The translations under genes were made by a program, and so were the position numbers. From Octopus bimaculoides (Eukaryota), in assembly GCF_001194135.2 (NCBI RefSeq), contig NC_068981.1:15781117-15828576 (forward strand): DNA of 47,460 bases. Direction: 5' to 3'. The notes below the pieces were generated by a model, which saw only the letters and a program-made list of their open reading frames with translations, ran no database searches and was not told where the DNA came from. Below are positions 38,332 through 47,460 of the stretch, one piece after another. The stretch's first letter is position 1. Every line of letters starts with the position of its first letter.

Positions 38332-38346
38332 TATTATTATTATTAT
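37362..38346 (+). mobile_element. RTE-clade (BovB-like) LINE, 5'-truncated 3' end with (ATT)n tail
   Basis: FCYLGSTIS, RIGKAAANFERLTKRVW, KIRIYEACVLSTLLYGSET, RCLRKIL..WRDKITNVEVL, RRLRWLGHVRRMDDHRIPKQLLYGEL..RGRPKLR. In-frame stops. (ATT)n at 38274-38346. Confidence 0.93.
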
Positions 38347-38398
38347 ATATTGTTGACATATAATTCACAAATACCGAAAGTTGACACAGACACATATA

Positions 38399-38452
<54 letters not shown>

Positions 38453-39629
38453 GTATATGCACATATGCATATTATATACCGATACACACGCCTACACACA
38501 GAAATGTATATGTAGAAACCTATTTAAGAGCACAATACACTTGAAAATAGATAAGCATAGCTTTCTAAGTGACGAATAGAGGACAGTCTCAATCCTCGAG
38601 TCAATCATGTAACTTGCAATTGGTTTATACCGAGACATCATGTCTCGGTGCATGCCGAGAAAACATATCTGAAAATACAATTCAGAATTCTTACTGTCAT
38701 CTAAAGTTTATATTTTGAGAATGTTGTCAAAATACATCTATTTCTTATCATGTTTTCCGTCCTCCATTATGTTGGATGTCTATGAAGTACAATGCATTTT
38801 GAGCTGTAGATTTCGAGAATTTGGCATTTCTCTTAGATAGATAATATGAGTGCTCCTGAGAAATTTGAAAATGTAAGCCGTTAAAAATATTCTTTTCCGA
38901 GTGAAAGAAATGGAAGTGGGAACGATATTCACTTGGTACGGAAGGTTAAAAAATTCCAAAATACGAAGGCCTTTGTTCTGAGTAAAAACCCCGAATATGA
39001 AATACTAATTTGCCTTTAATATGACAGCAATTCAGAAACAACACACTCCGTGCATCCGGTCATTTAAAAGAAGATAGTATTAAAGAGTCAAAACTAAACG
39101 TGCAAACGAAGCACATGCACAAATATCAATAATCTTTCAAATTTAATGGAGATTTTGTCTCTATGGAGGGTCATGATAGCCAATGGTGTGCACACGAACC
39201 AAAGTAAAACAAATAATGAAACAACACCATATAAAAAACATAAGCTATTGAAATGAGGTGATGATACTGGCTTATGCATTCGTGGATGGAACCGACACAC
39301 ATCAAATAACATCGTCGCCATTCTGCATTGCATTTAAAAACAGTTATGTGGTTTTAAAGCATGTATATTTTCAGTTTTCCAAAAAGGGCTTCTGGCTTCT
39401 TGTGAGTGAATTTGGATGACAGAAACTGAAGGAAGCTAGTTGCATATACATGTGTGTGTGTGTGGGGGNNNNNNNNNNNNNNNNNNNNGTCTGTGTTTGT
39501 GTCCGCACGTGCGCATGTAGTTACTCACTGCTTCACAACTGATGTTAGTTTGTTTACGTCTCCGTAAAAAGACTAATAGGATAAGTACTAGAATTTTCAA
39601 AATGTACTTGAGTTGATATATATAGATAT

Positions 39630-40183
39630 GTAACATATAATTGCCAACCAAGTGTAGCGTCCTTTACGGGACAGTGCTACTGAAGTTTATAGCCCCAGGA
39701 AGACATCTCTTTAAGCTGGCTAATGACACATTCTCGCTCCCAACCCCAACCTTACGTGATAAACATGGACTCGAAATTCTGGGTGGTTATCCGTCCTTAG
39801 CGTGTGCTAATCACCAGGTAGTGAGGAAAACTCACCCCACATGCAAAATACCATATGATTTTTCCGGCGACGAATCGTCGCTGATTTCTAAGAAGGAGAA
39901 GTAAGCTACATTAAATCTCTGAGCGAGATGTAAACAGTGGCAATACGGAATCGTAACATATAATTGTCAACCAACTGTGACGTCATATACGGGACAGTGC
40001 TACTGAAGCTTATAGCCCCAGGAAGACATCTATTCCAGCTGGCTAATGACATACATTCTCTGTCCGAGTAGTATTTGCGAGGGGAGATCATCACTAGCTG
40101 CTGATTAACACACGCTGAGGACGGGTAACCACCCAGAAACTCGTGTCCGTATGTATCACGTAAGGCGAGGGAGTGGTGCGATC
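39630..40183. repeat. Second dimer of the foldback repeat family seen at 1403-2131
   Basis: Units start at ~39630 and ~39953. Shares tagccccaggaagacatct, ttctgggt.gtta.ccgtc and aaggagaa.taagcta.attaaatctctgag with locus 1. Confidence 0.88.
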
Positions 40184-40907
40184 ATAGGTGTGTTTTTCGT
40201 GTACCCTGATGGGTGCTGTCTCCATCTTCTAGTCGCAGTTTTGACGTTGTTTTTCGTTTTAATTACACACGCGCGCGCACATACATACACAAAAAAACAC
40301 ATACTTATATACGAATGTATGTATATGTTAAGCTGAAGTTTATTTTTGAAAGTAAAACATTCGTAGTATAGTTGAATGCTCGCTTGGAGTAAGAGAAAAT
40401 TGCGCCGTGGTATTTGGCCAAAGCTTATCATCAAGTTTACCTTTAGTCGTATCGGAATCATTTAAATACGTATACGTCAAGCACTCTGCTATCAACTACT
40501 CACTCCACGTAGAATTGTACCTAGGTCGGTGACATTTATTTAAAAGCGAACCATGTGAATCGTTAGAACGTTAGGAAAATGCTTTTGAGATAACTTTTCC
40601 GGCTCATTAAATTCTGAATTTAGATTCCACCGATATCAATTTTGCCTTTCAACATTTTGGATCGATAAAATATAGTATCTTTGAAGAAATGAGGTCAATG
40701 TTATCGACTATCGTCTTCCACCAAAACTGTTGGACTTGTGCTTAGTATAGATGCAATCATTTTTAAAGAAACTTGAAAAAGAAACTTTATTAAGAAACAT
40801 TTAATGCATCTTAGAAATACAGTCAATACATACATAAATACATAAACAGATACATATATACGTACATGCATGTATATATACATATATACATACTAACATA
40901 TTTGAGT

Positions 40908-40985
<78 letters not shown>

Positions 40986-42327
40986 NNNNNNNNNNNNNNN
41001 NNNNNNNNNNNNNNNNNNNNNNNNNNNNNNNNNNNNNNNNNNNNNNNNNNNNNNNNNNNNNNNNNNNNNNNNNNNNNNNNNNNNNNNNNNNNNNNNNNNN
41101 NNNNNNNNNNNNNNNNNNNNNNNNNNNNNNNNNNNNNNNNNNNNNNNNNNNNNNNNNNNNNNNNNNNNNNNNNNNNNNNNNNNNNNNNNNNNNNNNNNNN
41201 NNNNNNNNNNNNNNNNNNNNNNNNNNNNNNNNNNNNNNNNNNNNNNNNNNNNNNNNNNNNNNNNNNNNNNNNNNNNNNNNNNNNNNNNNNNNNNNNNNNN
41301 NNNNNNNNNNNNNNNNNNNNNNNNNNNNNNNNNNNNNNNNNNNNNNNNNNNNNNNNNNNNNNNNNNNNNNNNNNNNNNNNNNNNNNNNNNNNNNNNNNNN
41401 NNNNNNNNNNNNNNNNNNNNNNNNNNNNNNNNNNNNNNNNNNNNNNNNNNNNNNNNNNNNNNNNNNNNNNNNNNNNNNNNNNNNNNNNNNNNNNNNNNNN
41501 NNNNNNNNNNNNNNNNNNNNNNNNNNNNNNNNNNNNNNNNNNNNNNNNNNNNNNNNNNNNNNNNNNNNNNNNNNNNNNNNNNNNNNNNNNNNNNNNNNNN
41601 NNNNNNNNNNNNNNNNNNNNNNNNNNNNNNNNNNNNNNNNNNNNNNNNNNNNNNNNNNNNNNNNNNNNNNNNNNNNNNNNNNNNNNNNNNNTATATATAT
41701 ATATATATATATTTGTATGTGTAACGTAATAGTTTAGAAAAGACCATTGGTTTCAAATCTACAGAAAGAGGGGGAGAGATAAATAGATACATGCTTACAT
41801 ACGATGTATGTAAGTGCGTATGTCTAAATATTTATGCATGCGAGTGTGTCTACATATTATGTAGCTTCATTTCAAGTCGTGACTGTAGTTTTCGTTACTC
41901 TGTCCAGTAGTTATGGCTTTAGCTGTCATATTGTTTTCGTATTTTATATTCTCATCCTTCCCTTTTTGCGTCGTCAGGCAGTCTGGTTTTTGTTTGCCGT
42001 AGATTATTTTTATTCTTTTCTCTTCTTTTTAATACTTGTCAAGTGATTTGCAAATTGTGCTTGGAATATACTCTGAGCAAATACTTATGTATTATTTTTT
42101 CTCGCCAATTCATGCTAGTCTCTACTTCGCTTGTTTAAAGCAGAAGCTAGCTTGCCATCTTATCTGTTTTTTCTCCTCATCTCGTCCTATTTCTCCTCTC
42201 TTCCTAATCATCACCATCAACATCGTCATCAAGTCAGTACATAGCAGCTATCTACATATTATACGTATATACAAACTCATACACAATTAGACACACATCA
42301 TTTATGTATGTATATATATATATATAT

Positions 42328-43410
42328 TGTTTTGTATGGGGAGACCACAGGGGGTAGCAGTATTCGAAGTGTGGTCTTGCAGAGGTGGAGAAAAGTGGAA
42401 TGATGACACCTTGTTCTCTGGACCGGAAGGTTCTTAAGATCCAGGACCTCATCCTACCAGCTATATCGATCTTATTGAGAATGTTATAAACAATTAATCC
42501 TAGGACTCTGATATTATTAGATGCTGTGAGCGGATCATCTGAAGGAAGAGAGTATGGCTGTTTTAGTATAGTCTTTCTTCTAAAACGCATCAGCTCAAAT
42601 TTTCTCTCGTTTAGTTGCATTTGTGTTTTTGTCTGCCCATTGGCTCACAGCATATAGATCAGACTGGAATTGAGTTCGGTCTTCTTCATTGATGATTTTC
42701 TGGAGCTTAATGGCATCAGCAAATATTTTCACTTTGCAATGTTTTACGAAGTTGGAAAGGTCGTTTATGTAGATTATAAAAAGGAGCGGGCTCAAGACAG
42801 TCTCCTGAGGGAGACCACTGGTGAATTTTGTTGGGTTTGAGTGGGCTCAATCAACCACATTTTCTGTTCTATTCACCAGGAAGTACTCAATCCAGAGTAG
42901 TAGTTTTCCACGGATTCCAACATTTGCCAATTTTGAGAGTAAGATATTATGGTCAATCCTGTCGAATACTTTACTGAATTCACGATATATGACATCAAAG
43001 TTCGAACCTGGTCCCAAGGCTTTAAGTATTTTCTCAGTGTGATGTAAGAGCTGTGTTAGACAGTCCCTGCCACAGCGAAAACCATGCGGATTTGCATTTA
43101 GGAGTTTGTAGATCTCCAGAAAGCCAGTTATCCTTGATCTTACCACTTTTTCAAACACTTTAATGATGTAGGAGGTGAGTGAGATTGGGCAAGAGTTGAC
43201 TGTGAGGGATCTGTTTCCGTGCTTGAAAACCGGGATGACAGACTGGGATAGGAGCTGTTTCGGTATATAACCTGAGTCTAAAGAATTTCTCCAGAGGCTG
43301 GTCAGAGGGACTGCAAGTTGGTGTCTACACTCCTTCAGGAGACTAGCAGGGAATCTACGGCAGAATAGTATTTGACCTCATTTATTTCTCTTATGATGCT
43401 TGGACTTATT
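42328..43410 (-). mobile_element. Second CR1-clade LINE RT fragment, degenerate
   Basis: PHGFRCGRDCLTQLL, FSKVFDRIDHNILLSKL, PLLFIIYINDL, IFADAIKL, RPHFEYCYPLWSP. Frameshifted; 3' end lost at a (TA)n tract. Confidence 0.92.
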
Positions 43411-44223
43411 GTGCTCCTCCATTTGGTAATCTGAACGAGAAAGAGCTTGGCTTCTGTATGAAGCCTACGAAATTTTAAGTCGCATGGAGACAAATCGCAA
43501 TTGGTCAAACGGGTCAAATAGCTTTATCATCTTTAGATCAGCGATTCAGCGTCTTGTCGATCTTGAAGTGACAGTCGGAATANNNNNNNNNNNNNNNNNN
43601 NNNNNNNNNNNNNNNNNNNNNNNNNNNNNNNNNNNNNNNNNNNNNNNNNNNNNNNNNNNNNNNNNNNNNNNNNNNNNNNNNNNNNNNNNNNNNNNNNNNN
43701 NNNNNNNNNNNNNNNNNNNNNNNNNNNNNNNNNNNNNNNNNNNNNNNNNNNNNNNNNNNNNNNNNNNNNNNNNNNNNNNNNNNNNNNNNNNNNNNNNNNN
43801 NNNNNNNNNNNNNNNNNNNNNNNNNNNNNNNNNNNNNNNNNNNNNNNNNNNNNNNNNNNNNNNNNNNNNNNNNNNNNNNNNNNNNNNNNNNNNNNNNNNN
43901 NNNNNNNNNNNNNNNNNNNNNNNNNNNNNNNNNNNNNNNNNNNNNNNNNNNNNNNNNNNNNNNNNNNNNNNNNNNNNNNNNNNNNNNNNNNNNNNNNNNN
44001 NNNNNNNNNNNNNNNNNNNNNNNNNNNNNNNNNNNNNNNNNNNNNNNNNNNNNNNNNNNNNNNNNNNNNNNNNNNNNNNNNNNNNNNNNNNNNNNNNNNN
44101 NNNNNNNNNNNNNNNNNNNNNNNNNNNNNNNNNNNNNNNNNNNNNNNNNNNNNNNNNNNNNNNNNNNNNNNNNNNNNNNNNNNNNNNNNNNNNNNNNNNN
44201 ATATATATATATATATATATATA

Positions 44224-44365
44224 GTTGAAATTCACAGAAAAACAGAAGACGAAGACAGGAGTATAAACAACAAGCAGGTGTATTAGTTTAACACTCGGCA
44301 AAGTGAGAAATTCTTTTATGTTTCAATCCTACGCTTTTCAACAGAAAGGTACACGAAGAAATAAG
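44224..44365 (-). mobile_element. Short hammerhead-variant repeat ending in (TA)n, copy 4 (degenerate)
   Basis: Minus strand reads ctttctgttgaaaagcgtaggattgaaacataaaag ... gtgaatttc then (TA)n. Confidence 0.75.
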
Positions 44366-45648
44366 CTGTACGACTGTCATTTGCAGATCGACGAGTCGCT
44401 GAATAGATATGTATATATATATATATATTACTCGTTTCTGTCAATGGCTTATCTCAACAAATCCGTCTCCAGCACATTTTTTATGTATTTGTTACAGGAA
44501 CAAGTACCAGATACCGAATGCTTTTGTTGCACAGCTTGGCTTTGGGATAACAAGAAACCTACACAGGTTATCAAATGGTGTTATGGACAAGAACAAAGAT
44601 ATATAAATACATATTATGTGTATACATACACATACACACGCACGCACGCACACATACACACATACACACATACATGTAATGTACTGTTCCGTGATAGAAA
44701 ATTCAACAAAAAAGTACTCCATCTAGTGAGAAATAAATTTTATTTATTTAAAGGATAAGATACATGTCTTTAGTTGCTACTAATAGTTTCATATGTTGAG
44801 AAATATCTCAAACATATTCAGCAGGAACAAACAACATTTCATAATGAGCTAAAAATATTGAATAAGAGAAGAGACGCGAAAGAAAAAACTGAGAAGGCAG
44901 CATATAGAAAACGCAGAGGGTTAGAAAAAAAAAGAAAACAATAAACGAAAAACAAAAAAACGGAAAGCGAAAACACAGAAACTAAAACGTAAAAAATAAA
45001 AAGTATAAAAGGTAAAAGAGTCATCTCACTTAGACCTTAAATTATACGGCTGGAAAGATATCAACAAGTTAATCAGTAATAAGCGAAATTTTCCAAAGTA
45101 TATTCATGCATATGCTTGCAACTGCTGGAAATTTCAGACCTAGAGTTCATTAGAGACTTGGTGATTTTAGATCTGAACAGAATCTGCGCTCTTTCAGCTA
45201 AAAAGGGGCTACATTTATTCCATCTATTAGCATAAGGTATGAATTTCTCAAAACTCTTCGACTTAATCACATATGGTGTTTCGCTACCATTCGCACTCCA
45301 TAGTAGCATATATGTGTGTGGAGGGAGAGTGCGCCCGTGTGTGTGTGTGTCTGTTTGTCTGTCTGTCTGCTTTTCTGTCTATGTATACACAACGGTATTC
45401 TACACATTTGGCGTCAGTAAATTTACACGGACTGAGGATATAGATATTTGCCCAGGCAATCCTACAGTGGGGTTGACACAAAAATTGCTTGCAAATCGCG
45501 CAACTACGTATCTACCTATATATGAATGTTTGTGTGTGTATACACACACACATATATATATAGTTGCATATATATACATATACACATATATATCCGAATA
45601 TACATGCATATATATATATATATATATACATACATACACGCGCGCGCG

Positions 45649-45736
<88 letters not shown>

Positions 45737-46612
45737 CAGATTGCGGTGAATAAACTGTCGTCTAAATTACGCGAAAATGAAAATAACACTCACATCTCAT
45801 TTTAACAGATATATTTACCAAAATTTTATAAAAATATTTTGAAATAGAAGAGAGTAAATTTATTCAATGACATCGCCAACGTCTTCAACGAGACGACTTC
45901 GGAATCTCCTGCAATTCCTCTGGGCGGTGTCCTTCTTTAAGTCGGTGAATGCTGCCATAATCATTGCCTTCAGTTCATCTTTAGTGTTACAGGGATTCTT
46001 TTAGTCTCTCGCTCATTTGTGTCCCACGCATAGTAATCAAGGAAGTAGCAGTCTGGGGAGTTAGGTGGCCAGATGTTAGGAGTGATGTGGTTGCAGAAAT
46101 TGTCTGACAGCCATGACTGAATTTTCCTGTCTGTATGGCATTGTGCAGAGTCCTCTTGCCAGACATATGTTCTTCCAGCAGCCACCCTCTCGACATAGGG
46201 CAACACTACCTCCTCCAGGCACCTGATGCAGGCCTCCCAGTTGAATCTGAGTCTGTGTGGGAAGATTAATGGAGGTCTAACGTCACCATCACTAGTGATC
46301 ACTCCAAACACCATGATGCTGATTGGATGTTTGATTTTTATCACTCTCAGTACATGTCTTCATATTGGACTTCCTGTTGATTGACATCAGACACTCTGAA
46401 ATGTTCATATCAGAGTTTCTGGCGCAAATGCCAAGCAGGACAACATGTCATTTCGAAATTTCTGGCAAGGTAAATTGCGTCATGGTGCGTTTTTCTTTCA
46501 CACAACCGGTGCCTCATATACTGTGTTGTCGACAAAATCGAAAACAAACAAATCGCATGCGTGAAATTAAAAATAGAAAATGCCGACAATTTACCCATCA
46601 CAAACTCCCTTG
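45737..46612 (-). mobile_element. Internally deleted Tc1/mariner element, DD37D (maT) type, defective transposase
   Basis: MVFGVITSDG..PP; WQEDSAQCHT..WPPNSPDCYFLDY with 37 residues between the last two Asp. Putative N-terminus MTQFTLPEI from 46483. Ends are flanked by TA (ta|cagattgcggtgaataaactgtcg and ta|caagggagtttgtgatgggtaaattgtcg) and share only partial TIR similarity. Confidence 0.85.
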
Positions 46613-46742
46613 TAGTCTGAGTTTCATGTGCGTCACTACTCTCCGACCATCGGAATCAGAATGGAGAAAGATTGACGACACGCTTGAAACTCAGAGTATC
46701 AATGAGTTATAATCAAACCAGTTTGATGCATATACTCTTATA

Positions 46743-46945
46743 CTCTTTTACTTGTTTCTGTCATTTTGACAACAGCCATACTGGAGCACAACCTTTAATC
46801 GAGCAAATCGACCGAGAGCTTATTCTTTGTAAGCCTAGTACATGTTGTATCGGTTCCTTTTGCCGAACCGCTAAGTTACGAGGAGGTAAACTCACCAGCA
46901 TCGGTTGTCAAGCGATGTTGGTGAGACAAACACAGACGCACAAAC
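46743..46945 (-). mobile_element. SINE body and 3' end
   Basis: Same family as 3441-3592. On the minus strand it ends in aaacaagtaaaagag. Confidence 0.8.
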
Positions 46946-46953
46946 ATATACAT

Positions 46954-46986
<33 letters not shown>

Positions 46987-47373
46987 AACAAATAGTAAAT
47001 GAGTACATGCACATATACGTACAGGTATGTGCATACCGACATCCACCTGTATGTATAGGTGCATACGTAGGCACAGGACATCGCAAACAAAACGTAGATA
47101 AGAAAATAATGATAATCAGAGTACAGAAAACACACAAGCCACATAGAGAACATTTTCCTTCATCAGCTACCCCGTTTTAACACCGGCGTTTCGAAGAGTT
47201 GGGTAGGACGCATCGTTAAAACGGCTCTTCCCATGGACCGCAAATTAAATTTGTATACACAAATTAAACCTTGCCATGGAGGAATGTAGTGGCGGACAAA
47301 AGACAAGACAGGAAAACAACGGAAAAGGCTATACGGCCAGATGGAAAAAATTATGTGTGTATATATTCAACGA

Positions 47374-47460
47374 ACTTCTTCCAGTTTCCACCAACCAAAT
47401 CCACTTACAAGGCTTTGGTCGGCACAAATCTATAGTAGAAGACAGTTACCCAAGGTTCCA
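47374..47460 (-). mobile_element. SINE fragment running off the window end
   Basis: ccagtttccaccaaccaaatccacttacaaggctttggtcggc...atagtagaagacagttacccaagg resembles the reverse complement of a tRNA-SINE body (recognition only). Confidence 0.6.

Noticed and set aside
38629-38649. 21-bp palindrome accgagacat-c-atgtctcggt resembling a p53 site
   Set aside because: It does not match RRRCWWGYYY as written. A single short palindrome explained by a 3-nt duplication, with no context.
45138-45236. 99-nt exon-like segment with tttcag acceptor and aag|gtatga donor
   Set aside because: All three frames contain a stop codon, including with the alternative acceptors.
47178-47232. Minus-strand gaagag...ctcttc-gaaa-cgcc hammerhead-like arrangement
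   Set aside because: The CUGANGA core and stem I are not recognisable; too degenerate to call.

Overview
This is AT-rich, microsatellite-dense animal genomic DNA from a gapped assembly, with 9 N-runs totalling about 4.05 kb, most abutting TA/CA repeats. The SINE and repeat families look like those of Octopus or other coleoid cephalopods; that is an inference from recognition, not a database result. I cannot support any host protein-coding gene. Most listed ORFs are microsatellite, N-gap or transposon artefacts. The window is a transposon graveyard: a Penelope-like element (RT + GIY-YIG), an R4/Dong-like RLE LINE, two CR1-type LINE fragments, an RTE LINE 3' end, an internally deleted DD37D (maT) Tc1/mariner and several tRNA-derived SINEs. 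The most interesting signals are non-coding. (1) At least four sequence-unrelated small elements each carry a minimal type-I hammerhead ribozyme motif. Three have inverted terminal duplications, several abut (TA)n, and one has a 13-bp TSD. They look like non-autonomous Penelope-type elements. (2) A ~355-bp foldback repeat occurs as dimers at two loci 38 kb apart, and one copy has its hairpin interior flipped. (3) Long inverted repeats able to form dsRNA are unusually frequent.
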